Source: Thermomicrobiales bacterium
GTDB lineage: Bacteria > Chloroflexota > Chloroflexia > Thermomicrobiales > UBA6265
NCBI GenBank assembly: GCA_047605145.1
Contig: JASGGF010000003.1
Coordinates: 1-42,666, forward strand
Reading direction: 5' to 3'
DNA length: 42,666 bases
Shown here: piece after piece, positions 29,513-37,997 of the stretch
How positions within the stretch are numbered: the stretch's first letter is position 1
Layout of the letters: every line of letters begins with the position of its first letter
The notes under the pieces: generated by a model
What the model was told of the DNA's origin: nothing
Database searches by the model: none
What the model saw: only the letters and a program-made list of their open reading frames with translations
Translations under genes and position numbers: made by a program

Positions 29513-31569
29513 GCGGGGGACTTCACAGCGGGCAGCAGGGAGCGCCAGGCGCCGCTCATGCCGCCTTCGCTGACGCCGAAGAAGACGCGCGGCTCGCCGT
29601 CCCCCCGGTAGACGACATCGTAGCGGCGGTCGCCGGAGCGCTGGCGGTATGAGCGCCACACCCCGACATTGCCGTTCCAGCGCACGCTTTCCTCGTCGAG
29701 TTCGCCCTTTTCGCACTGCTGGATGGCGGCGCGCCACATGCGGCGGTCGGTGCCCTTCGTCACGTTGTAGACCAGCTTGTGGTAGCGCAGATCGCGCAGC
29801 GTGTAGTAGCGCTCGCCGTCTGCCTCGACCCAGTCCACGATCTCGATGCCGGTAGTAGGGGCCAGTGGGTCGGGCGCGACCTCTTCTTCATAGGTCGCCA
29901 AACCGCCGTCCTCACCGTCGGGCGCCGCGTCCGGCAGCGCCAGGGGCTGGTTCGCCACCAGCGCCGCCAGGTGCAACACGTCCTCGCTGGGCGCCACTCG
30001 CACCAGCGGCGTTGGCTCCTTGCGCGGCTCCTCGGAGCGGCGAGGCGTCTCGTGCGACGCTCGGCCATTCTGGGATTGGGGCTTGGGGTCCACCGGCTTC
30101 ACCGCAGCGGGCGCAGGCGGCGTGCTTTCTGCCTTCCGCACAGGTTCAGACTTCGGCGCAGGCGCCACTTCCACCGCAACTGGCGCAGAGATGACCGGCG
30201 CGGCGACCGCGCGCGGCGCTGGCGGCAGGTCGAGGTCCTGCCGCACCATCTGCACGATTTCGTCACGGGTGGCGACGGCGGTTTCCGCGCCGCGCCGGAT
30301 CAGGATGCCGCCGGGCTCCAGCGCGTGCGGCTTCTGGCGGCCACCCGCCACCTCGATCACCACCAGCTTCTTGCCATCGGCGGTGTGCTCGCGCATGGCC
30401 AGCTCGATGGGCGGGGCAATCTGCGCGGCGGCTTCTGCTTTCAGCTCGGCGATGAGGGCCTGCGGGTCCGCAACGCCAGCGATGGGGCGCTTCTCCGCAG
30501 CGGAGATGCCGATGTAGATGGCGCCGCCGCCATAGTTGGCGAACCCGACCATGTCGCGCAGGATCGCGGATTGCCCGCGCTTCGCGGTGGCGGACTCGTG
30601 GAACGCCTGCTCGCTGGTATTGCCATCGAGGCGAGCGGCCTTGACCGGGTCGCTCGGTGGCGGGGTGAACGGGCGAGTGTGCTCGAAATCGCTGCTGGCG
30701 AAGAGCGCCTTCAGCGCCGCGAAGTTCAGCTCCGGCACCAGCACCTCGGTGGGCCGGTCGCCGACGCCGAGATTTGTCTCACGCAGCGGGTCCTGCTCCA
30801 GACGGTGGCAGTCTGATCCCTGGATGCAGTGCATGCGGCGCGGATACTCGGTCTTGGAGCCGTTGAAGAAGCGCGCGGTGGAGCGGCGGTTCGAGGCCGG
30901 CAGGAGGTCGGTGACTTCCATCGCGTGCAGGTTCGGGTCCTGCGTGTAGGCGATCTTGGTCTGGCCACCGAAGCGTAGGCCCTGCATGGCGACGCCGTGC
31001 GTCGAGTTGACGTGGGCGCCGATGACCAGCGCGCCGTGGCTGGCCAGAATCTCGTAGGCGCGCAACACGTCGGTCGTGGCGCCGACCTCGCCGCTGCCGA
31101 AGCGGTCTTCCGGCACCCCCAACAGCAGGAGCAGGTGCTCCATCAGGCGGATGCTGGTGCTCTCGGGGAAGATGGCCAGGATGTGGAAACCGAACTGGGC
31201 AGTGAACTCGAAACCGGGGAGCACGAGGATGCGGCTCATCAGGTCCCGGTACTCGGCCAGGCGTTCAGCTTCCGCCGGCTCCATGCGCCCGAGATACTCC
31301 AGCAGCTCCAGATCCTCGATCTCGCGCCAGAGGTCGGCGTAGCCGCGCACCGAGTTGTGGTCGGTGAGGGCAATGCCGTTCAGGCCGCGTTCATCGGCCC
31401 GGCGCAGGATATCCAGGATGCGCGTTTCCGGCTGCTGATAATCGACGGAGGCAGGGGTGTGCACATGCAGATCGATGCGCTTCCAGGTCAGATCCCCTGA
31501 CGCTATCGGCGCAACAGGGACTGGCGCGGGACTTTCAGCCCGCTTGGTTGAGGGTGGTGTGATAGTCAT
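29509..31569 (-). CDS. PHP phosphoesterase fused to a Schlafen/AlbA_2-like domain and an unknown C-terminal domain
   Basis: PHP motifs DLHVHT, LTDHN, PGFEF, GFHIL, GAHV, GSDCH; AlbA_2-like ILRDMVGFANYGGGAIYIGI; Pro/Ala linker; start uncertain. Confidence 0.82.
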   Translation of the reverse strand: MTITPPSTKRAESPAPVPVAPIASGDLTWKRIDLHVHTPASVDYQQPETRILDILRRADERGLNGIALTDHNSVRGYADLWREIEDLELLEYLGRMEPAEAERLAEYRDLMSRILVLPGFEFTAQFGFHILAIFPESTSIRLMEHLLLLLGVPEDRFGSGEVGATTDVLRAYEILASHGALVIGAHVNSTHGVAMQGLRFGGQTKIAYTQDPNLHAMEVTDLLPASNRRSTARFFNGSKTEYPRRMHCIQGSDCHRLEQDPLRETNLGVGDRPTEVLVPELNFAALKALFASSDFEHTRPFTPPPSDPVKAARLDGNTSEQAFHESATAKRGQSAILRDMVGFANYGGGAIYIGISAAEKRPIAGVADPQALIAELKAEAAAQIAPPIELAMREHTADGKKLVVIEVAGGRQKPHALEPGGILIRRGAETAVATRDEIVQMVRQDLDLPPAPRAVAAPVISAPVAVEVAPAPKSEPVRKAESTPPAPAAVKPVDPKPQSQNGRASHETPRRSEEPRKEPTPLVRVAPSEDVLHLAALVANQPLALPDAAPDGEDGGLATYEEEVAPDPLAPTTGIEIVDWVEADGERYYTLRDLRYHKLVYNVTKGTDRRMWRAAIQQCEKGELDEESVRWNGNVGVWRSYRQRSGDRRYDVVYRGDGEPRVFFGVSEGGMSGAWRSLLPAVKSPA

Positions 31570-31689
31570 GGTGGGAAGTGGCGCGGTTTCACGGCGCCGG
31601 CGCGTGGCTGGTATGGAGGGCTCCTTTCCGGGGGCGACGAATTTGAGAATGGTCAGGATCGAGGGCACGCGCAGCCCGAACCTTATGAA

Positions 31690-31698
31690 ACTATAGCA
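31690..31698 (-). promoter_or_regulatory. Putative extended -10 promoter for the PHP gene
   Basis: Minus strand reads TG-C-TATAGT in an AT-rich patch. Confidence 0.4.
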
Positions 31699-31918
31699 TA
31701 GCGCTACCTGTTATTGACAACCAGACACCGCGCCGCGAGCCGGAAATGGCAAGTTTGCGTGCTAAACTCGCCCCGGGCCGCATCGTCCCGGGCGCCTGCG
31801 GCGGCCCGAAACCCGACTTCGCCCGCGAGTCGTATATCAGTCAGGGAGTGCAGCAACGCTGCACCGCGCCGCTGCGTCCTGCGCCGGCACGATCTGGGGA
31901 AAACGGGGCGACCACTCC

Positions 31919-32890
31919 ATGCCGAATGTCGATACACCACTGCTGCTGGACGTCCTGCTGGGACTTGTCATTCTCCTGTTTGTGCCGTTTGGCATCCGGC
32001 GGGGAGTCGCCAAGGAGGCGATGGTTTCCGCTGGCATCTTTCTCGGCGCCACACTGGCGGAGCGGTTCGCGCCGAGCTGGAGTCTGGAGCTCACTGAGCG
32101 CTTTGGCCTGAGCACCGGTACGGCGTCGTTCGTAGCGGCGGCGGCCCTGCTGGCGGCGGGCGCATTCGTCCTTGGCTACGGCGGAGGGGCCGCGCTGGGC
32201 ACGCCCCGGCTCGGCGTGCTCTCGCGGTTGGTCGGCGGCCTGCTGGCGGCGTTCAACGCCGCGCTCATTCTGTCGTACCTGCTCTCGTGGGTGGAGCGCG
32301 ATCTGGGGCAGGGTGGAGCGCTGGATGAAGGCATCCTCAGCCCGTGGCTGCTGCGCCGCACGAACGACCTGCTGCTGGCGGCGGCAGGGGTGCTGGTTGT
32401 CTTGACGGTGCTGGCGTGGGTCGTGAACCTGTTCCGCGCCCGGCGGCAGCCGCGTCATGACGAAGCGTACGCACCGGTCGCCCGCACTGCCGCGCCGGTG
32501 GCCGCGGACAGCGGCAAGTATGAGCCGGTGGATGGCGCCGGGCGCTCCGGCCGATTTGCGCCGGGGCTGGACGCCACCACGCCGATTCCGGCGGCCAGCG
32601 CGCCGCCGTGGGCCGCGACCGGCGGACGCTCGCTGAATGGCGGCGGCAACGGCAATGGCCGGGAGCCGCAGCTGGCGCCCGGCCCGTACGACGCGCCGGG
32701 CTCTGGTGATGAGACGGTGTGGTCGCCGTGGGAGGCGCAGGGCGGCCGCGCTGGCGCGCCGGCGGGTTCGCGCACGGAGTGGCCGGTGGCCCCTGCGGTC
32801 GGCGTGACGCCGGATGAGCGCTGCGCCGTCTGCCACGCGCGGGTGGGCCCGCGCGATGTCTTCTGCCCGGAGTGCGGCGCGACCCTGTAA
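31919..32890 (+). CDS. CvpA-family membrane protein with C-terminal zinc ribbon
   Basis: LLDVLLGL...GIRRGVAKE, SRLVGGLLA, about 5 TM segments; low-complexity linker; CAVC...FCPECG. Confidence 0.72.
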   Translation: MPNVDTPLLLDVLLGLVILLFVPFGIRRGVAKEAMVSAGIFLGATLAERFAPSWSLELTERFGLSTGTASFVAAAALLAAGAFVLGYGGGAALGTPRLGVLSRLVGGLLAAFNAALILSYLLSWVERDLGQGGALDEGILSPWLLRRTNDLLLAAAGVLVVLTVLAWVVNLFRARRQPRHDEAYAPVARTAAPVAADSGKYEPVDGAGRSGRFAPGLDATTPIPAASAPPWAATGGRSLNGGGNGNGREPQLAPGPYDAPGSGDETVWSPWEAQGGRAGAPAGSRTEWPVAPAVGVTPDERCAVCHARVGPRDVFCPECGATL

Positions 32891-32941
32891 CATTCGCCGC
32901 CAATGAATCGCTGGTGGAGAGGAAGCAGGAGCACAGGCGCC

Positions 32942-34174
32942 ATGGCCGTAGCTGAGCGTATCGATGTTGATGTTGTGGCCGCGCGGAAGGCGGCTGCGGA
33001 GGCCGTGGCGGCGGCGCGCGATGGGCTGATCGAGCTCTCGCGCTTCATCCACGCCAACCCGGAAATCGCTCTCGAAGAAGTGAAGTGCAGCGCGGCCTGC
33101 GCCGATTTCCTCGAGCAGCATGGCTTCGCAGTCGAGCGCGGAGTGGCCGGCCTCCCGACCGCGTTCGCCTCGCGCGTGGGCACGGCGGAACCGACCATCG
33201 CCTACCTCTCCGAGTACGACGCGCTGCCGGGTCTGGGGCATGGCTGCGGTCACAACCTGATCGCCATCGCCGGGATCGGGGCCGGGATCGGGCTAGCGGC
33301 GGCGCTGCCGCACCTCGGCGGGCGCGGGCAGGTACGCGTGTTCGGCACCCCGGCGGAAGAGGCAGTCGGTGGCAAGGTGATCATGGCCAACGCCGGCGTC
33401 TTCGAAGGCGTGGCGGCGGCGATGGGGGCGCACCCCGGCACCAGCGAGGCAGTTTGCCCGACGGTGGAGGGGAGCGGGCAGGCGCTGGCCTGCGTGCTGG
33501 TGCGGACGACCTTCCACGGGCAGGCGGCGCACGCCGCCGCTGACCCTTTCAATGGCGTCAACGCGCTGAACGCAGTGATCGAGACGTTCAACGGCATCAA
33601 CGCGCTGCGCCAGCACATCACGAGCGACGCGCGCATCCACGGCATCATCACCCACGGCGGCGATGTGCCGAACGTGGTGCCGCACTACGCGCAGGCGGAA
33701 TTCTTCGTGCGCGCGGCGACGTTGGCCGGCATGACGCGGCTGGTGGAGCAGGTGATCCGCATCGCCGAGGGCGCCGCGATGATCACCGGCGCGACGGTGG
33801 AGATCGAGATGCCGGAGGAGCCGAACTCCGACATGGTCACGAACTACACGCTGGCGCAGCGGCTGAGCGCGAATCTGGACCACGTGGGCCTGACGATGCC
33901 GCAGGCAAAGCCGGAGCCGGGCAGCGGCTCGACCGACTGGGGCAATGTCAGCTACGTCGTCCCGTCGGTGGAGACGGGCTTCCCGATCATTGACCGGGTG
34001 TGCACGTGGCACTCGCAGGATGTCGTGGACGCCTCGGTCTCCGATTTGGGACTGGGCAACACGATTAGCGTGGCGACCGCGATGGCGCTGACCGGCGTGG
34101 ACCTGATCGCTGAGCCGGAGCTGGTGGCGGACATTCAGGACGAGTTTGCGAAGGCGCTGGCGGCGCGGGTGTAA
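32942..34174 (+). CDS. M20 family amidohydrolase (ACY1L2/AbgB-like)
   Basis: IHANPE, SEYDALPGLGHGCGHNLI, GTPAEE, GSTDWGNVSYVVP. Confidence 0.92.
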   Translation: MAVAERIDVDVVAARKAAAEAVAAARDGLIELSRFIHANPEIALEEVKCSAACADFLEQHGFAVERGVAGLPTAFASRVGTAEPTIAYLSEYDALPGLGHGCGHNLIAIAGIGAGIGLAAALPHLGGRGQVRVFGTPAEEAVGGKVIMANAGVFEGVAAAMGAHPGTSEAVCPTVEGSGQALACVLVRTTFHGQAAHAAADPFNGVNALNAVIETFNGINALRQHITSDARIHGIITHGGDVPNVVPHYAQAEFFVRAATLAGMTRLVEQVIRIAEGAAMITGATVEIEMPEEPNSDMVTNYTLAQRLSANLDHVGLTMPQAKPEPGSGSTDWGNVSYVVPSVETGFPIIDRVCTWHSQDVVDASVSDLGLGNTISVATAMALTGVDLIAEPELVADIQDEFAKALAARV

Positions 34175-34190
34175 CGCCCCGCTGGCTTTT

Positions 34191-34227
34191 CCAGCCACCA
34201 CGGCGTCGCCCCGTGCGTGGTGGCTGG
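34191..34227. terminator. Hairpin between convergent genes
   Basis: CCAGCCACCACG ... CGTGGTGGCTGG 12-bp stem just after the amidohydrolase stop. Confidence 0.45.
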
Positions 34228-34257
34228 GAAGACTGCGTCAAGATGCGAAACGCCGCT

Positions 34258-34433
34258 GCCGGCAACGAGGTCCTTCGACACGCTCAGGACATCACTTACA
34301 GGTGGCGGCGACTTCGAACTCACCCGATACTGAAGCCACGAGTTCAAACCGTCTACCACTCGGGACGAGGCGCCTCAGCGCCACCACGGCCCAAAGGTGA
34401 TGTCCTGAGCTTGTCGAAGGACCTCATTGCCGG
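34258..34433. repeat. REP-like repeat family A, inverted doublet
   Basis: GCCGGCAACGAGGTCCTTCGACACGCTCAGGACATCAC (34258-34295) and GTGATGTCCTGAGCTTGTCGAAGGACCTCATTGCCGG (34397-34433). Confidence 0.88.
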
Positions 34434-34536
34434 GCACTCTGCTGCGCGTCCCACCACGTCATTCAGGCAGGCATCCGGCAAGGGCATTGAGACCGGGAAG
34501 CTCGCACCGCGGAGCCTGAGGCGGGAGATAGCTGCG

Positions 34537-35391
34537 TCACCCGCCGGCTTGCGGCGAGGCGGCGGGTGGCGCCGGCTGCTGCGCCGATTCGCCGGAGACT
34601 TCCAGCCCCTTCTCGGTGAAGTAGAAGACCAGCGCCTCGCCGCCTGCAACGCGGAACCCCCACTCCGGCGCGTTGGGTTTGGCAAAGCGCGCTCGCAGAT
34701 CAGGGCCGGAGAGCTCGCCCGAGGCGGCGACGAGCGCGGCGCCGGGAGAGGCGTCCCAACCCGCGACGGGATCGCCGCCGGTCACCGCGATGATGCTTGC
34801 CGGCGGCGGCGGCGGGAAGAGGGCCGCCGCTTCGCCGTCCGAGAGCACCACCAGCCGCGTCTGCCCACGTTCGATGAGCACGCGCCACGCGTCGGGGTCG
34901 TCCGGGTCGGCGTCCAGGGCGCGGGCGGTCTCGATGGACAGCGTGGTTTGCGGACTGAGGCGGACGCGGGCAGGGGTCGTGAGGGCGGTGATGTCGCCCA
35001 GCTCGTCGGCTTCAACTGACAGAGGGATTCCGCCGAGGGAGCGGGTCAGCCGCACCTGTTCGCTTTGGCTGGCAGCGAGCGGGGCCAGCAGGTCGGCGTG
35101 ATCACCCGCGACGAGCAGCACATCGACGCGGCGGGCAAAGAGCGGTTGCACGGCGGTGAAGGCGTTCTCGAAGTCGGTGGGATCGTCGCCGGTGGCGATG
35201 AGCAGCCGGGCCGGGCCATCCGTGACGAGCACGGACAGGCGGTCGCCGGAGCCGAGGAAGACGACTTGCGGTTGCAGGACGTGCCGGTACCAGAGCGCGG
35301 CCATGAGCCCCACGCCAACCAGCGAGATTGCCAGAACCAGCGCGACCGTCTGGACGACGCCCCGCCAGCTGGATGGAGGATGATCGCTCAT
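34537..35391 (-). CDS. Membrane-anchored protein resembling a degenerate ComEC-type MBL domain
   Basis: N-terminal TM; VVFLGSGDRLSVLV, RLLIATG, RRVDVLLVAGDHADL align by eye to the ComEC MBL pattern but lack HxHxDH. Confidence 0.55.
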   Translation of the reverse strand: MSDHPPSSWRGVVQTVALVLAISLVGVGLMAALWYRHVLQPQVVFLGSGDRLSVLVTDGPARLLIATGDDPTDFENAFTAVQPLFARRVDVLLVAGDHADLLAPLAASQSEQVRLTRSLGGIPLSVEADELGDITALTTPARVRLSPQTTLSIETARALDADPDDPDAWRVLIERGQTRLVVLSDGEAAALFPPPPPASIIAVTGGDPVAGWDASPGAALVAASGELSGPDLRARFAKPNAPEWGFRVAGGEALVFYFTEKGLEVSGESAQQPAPPAASPQAGG

Positions 35392-36824
35392 GGCTGATTC
35401 CCCGCTCCCGGCATCGGCCCCATGCTGACGGTCAGCCGGATCGTCGTGCCGGGGGGCGCCAGCGTGCCGGGCCCGGGGCTCTGGCTGATGACGGTGTTCA
35501 TCGGCGCGCTGCGCGAGGGCTGCATTTGCAGATCGATGCGGAGGCCCAGCGGAGTGAGCAACGAGGTCACCGCGCCAATTGGCTGCCCGCGCAAGTCTGG
35601 CACCGTGACCATCCCCGTCCCGCCGGTTTGCGGCGCGATGGTTGGCGGCCCGTCGCTGGCGACGATGGGTGGCGGCTCCGGCGCGCGGGTGGCGGTCGGG
35701 ACGGCGGTGGGCGCGGGAGTAGGCTCGCTGGTGGGGACGGCGGTGGATGTAGGCACGCTGGTCGGCAGCGGGGTCACAGTGGCGAGCGGCGCGGTAACCG
35801 TCTCCTGCGTGATCACCGGCGCGTCGCTGATAGTGGTTGGCGGCGGCTCCTGTGGGCTAGTGCCGACGAGATTCTGGAAGCCGAACCAGAGCAGGCCGGC
35901 CATGGCGGCAATGACCAGCAAGACGACGATGAAGGTTGGCGCGGAAGAACCGCCGCCGCTGGTTGGCGGCGGCGCGGGCGCCCGGCCAACGGTTGGGGCA
36001 CGCATCACCTTGCCGCTGCCGGCCAGCGCGTCAGCCAGCGCCGTGACGCTCGGCCAGCGGTGGGTGGGGTCCTTGTCCAGCGCCCGCAGAACGACGGCGT
36101 CGGTGAGGTGCGTCAGTGACGGCGTGATCGTGGATGGGGCCGGTGGCGCGTCGTGAATCTGCTGCATGGCGACGGCCAGCGGTGAATCGCCCGAGAACGG
36201 TGGTTCGCCGGTGAGCATCTCGAAGGCCATCACCCCGGCGGAGTAGATGTCGGAGGCAGGGGTCGCCATCAGGCCGCTGGCTTGCTCCGGCGAGACGTAC
36301 ATGGCGGTGCCGAGGCCGCCGGCCTCGGTGAGGTCGCCATCGGCCAAGCCGCGCGCGATGCCGAAATCCACGACGCGGGCACGGCGATGCTCGTCGATCA
36401 GGATGTTGCCCGGTTTGACATCGCGGTGGACGGTGCCGCGCTTGTGGGCGTAGTCGAGCGCGCCGCCCACCTGTCGCAGGAGCTCGGCGACATCGGCGGG
36501 GTGGAAAGGCGCCTCGGTGGCGATGATCTCCTTCAGCGTTTGCCCGCGCACCAGCTCCATCACGATGAAGGGTTGCCCGCCCTCCTCGCCGACATCGTAG
36601 ACATCGATGATGTTGGGGTGGGTGAGGGCGGCAGCGGCGCGCGCCTCGCGGGAGAAACGGGCGCGGAACGCGGGATCGGAGGCGAACTGCGGATGCGGCG
36701 TCTTGATGGCGACATCGCGCGCGAGCAACAGGTCGTGCCCGAGGTAGACGATGGCCATGCCGCCTTCGCCGATCTTGCGCTCGACGCGGTAGCGCTTGTT
36801 GATAAGCGTGCGCGGGCGGATCAC
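35388..36824 (-). CDS. PknB-like Hanks-type Ser/Thr kinase with TM segment and one PASTA domain
   Basis: IGEGGMAIVY, VAIK, HRDVKPGN, DFGIAR, YVSPEQ, SDIYSAG; TM; Pro/Thr linker; VTVPDLRG...VISQSPGPG. Confidence 0.93.
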   Translation of the reverse strand: MIRPRTLINKRYRVERKIGEGGMAIVYLGHDLLLARDVAIKTPHPQFASDPAFRARFSREARAAAALTHPNIIDVYDVGEEGGQPFIVMELVRGQTLKEIIATEAPFHPADVAELLRQVGGALDYAHKRGTVHRDVKPGNILIDEHRRARVVDFGIARGLADGDLTEAGGLGTAMYVSPEQASGLMATPASDIYSAGVMAFEMLTGEPPFSGDSPLAVAMQQIHDAPPAPSTITPSLTHLTDAVVLRALDKDPTHRWPSVTALADALAGSGKVMRAPTVGRAPAPPPTSGGGSSAPTFIVVLLVIAAMAGLLWFGFQNLVGTSPQEPPPTTISDAPVITQETVTAPLATVTPLPTSVPTSTAVPTSEPTPAPTAVPTATRAPEPPPIVASDGPPTIAPQTGGTGMVTVPDLRGQPIGAVTSLLTPLGLRIDLQMQPSRSAPMNTVISQSPGPGTLAPPGTTIRLTVSMGPMPGAGNQP

Positions 36825-37993
36825 GGCTGGGTCACGCCGTCGCTGGGCGGGAACTCCGGGCGGGCGGGGACTGGAACGACGACGAAGCAATCCGCGCGAT
36901 CACCCAGTGTCGCCGTCAGGCGGCGCTCGACGCCGCGCGCCTCGGCGGGGTTGGTGAAGAGCGCGTAGTGGGCGGGGCCGGCGCCGGAGAGCGCGACGTG
37001 TTGGGCGCCCGCTTCGCTGATGGCGGCGGCGATCTCCTTCACGTCTGGCCGGAGGTCATACAGGGCGCGCTGGAAGGCGTTGCCGAGCAGGGTGGGATCG
37101 AGCGGCTGCCCGGCGCGCAGGCGCGCGGACTGCGCCGCGACGCTCGCGCCATCGCTGAAGTCGCCGGGCTGGAGGGCGGCGAAGAGGCTCGGGGTCTTGC
37201 GCGGGATGACGACGCGCGGGGCGACGATGAGGATGGTGAGAGCGGCCTCATTCCCGACGGCGAAGCCCTCACCCCAACCCCTCTCCCGATGCGCGGGAGA
37301 GGGGCTTTCGCTTGCGGCGGTGGTGGCCTCGGAGAGACCCTCACCCCCAGCCCCTCTCCCTTTGCGAAGGGCGAGGGGAGACGTGGGCGGTGGCTCGATT
37401 TGCGAGTCTTGGCCAGTAGCTGCGTCGCCACCGGGCGGGAGCCCCTCTCCCTTCGCAAAGGGAGAGGGGTTGGGGTGAGGGTTCCTCTCGGTGTGAGGGT
37501 CACTCTCCCCCGGCAGTGGCAACGCCTCCAACACCTCGCCTCGGCCGGAGCCGAGCGCGCAGCCGCCGGTGACGAGGAAGGGGACATCGCTGCCCAGTAA
37601 GGCTGCCAAGGCTGCCAACTCTGCCAAAGTTTGCGAGGTCTGCCAAAGCTCGCGCAGGGCAAGCAGGGTGCCGGCGGCGTCGCTGCTGGCGCCGCCGAGA
37701 CCGGCGGCAACGGGGATGCGCTTGGTCAGGGTGATATCGGCGCCGCGACCGGGGAAGGCAGCCTGCATCGCCTGCGCAGCGCGCATAGTCAGGTTTTCCC
37801 ACGGCGGCACACCGACATCCGGGCTGCTGGCGGCGATGCCCGGCACGGAGGCGACGGCGACCTCATCGAACAGGCTGACGGTGAGGAAGATGGTGGCGAG
37901 ATTGTGGTAGCCATCCGCGCGGCGGTTCAGCACCTCCAGCCCGAGGTTCAGCTTGGCGGGCGCGGGGACGACGACAGCGGGCGTGAGGGACAT
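36821..37993 (-). CDS. ispE: 4-diphosphocytidyl-2-C-methyl-D-erythritol kinase carrying an about 90-aa repeat-derived insertion
   Basis: APAKLNLGL, DGYH, KRIPVAAGLGGASSDAA, LGSDVPF, GRGE, LSGAGP; 390 aa. Confidence 0.92.
   Translation of the reverse strand: MSLTPAVVVPAPAKLNLGLEVLNRRADGYHNLATIFLTVSLFDEVAVASVPGIAASSPDVGVPPWENLTMRAAQAMQAAFPGRGADITLTKRIPVAAGLGGASSDAAGTLLALRELWQTSQTLAELAALAALLGSDVPFLVTGGCALGSGRGEVLEALPLPGESDPHTERNPHPNPSPFAKGEGLPPGGDAATGQDSQIEPPPTSPLALRKGRGAGGEGLSEATTAASESPSPAHRERGWGEGFAVGNEAALTILIVAPRVVIPRKTPSLFAALQPGDFSDGASVAAQSARLRAGQPLDPTLLGNAFQRALYDLRPDVKEIAAAISEAGAQHVALSGAGPAHYALFTNPAEARGVERRLTATLGDRADCFVVVPVPARPEFPPSDGVTQP
37266..37481. repeat. Three family-B palindromic repeats inside ispE
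   Basis: CCCTCACCCC(A/C)A..CCCCTCTCCC-loop-GGGAGAGGGG at 37266-37304, 37338-37378 and inverted at 37442-37481; same family as 16235-16274 and 16348-16386. Confidence 0.9.
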
Positions 37994-37997
37994 CGCG

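Noticed and set aside
34213-35019. 268-aa plus-strand ORF
   Set aside because: Runs through the family-A repeats and antisense to the ComEC-like gene; no motif support
35670-35800. PT-rich repeats in the kinase as a DNA repeat element
   Set aside because: Ordinary Pro/Thr extracellular linker with divergent codons
37241-37510. Intein or intron in ispE
   Set aside because: No C/S...HN splice motifs or intron ends; the insert is explained by the dispersed repeat family
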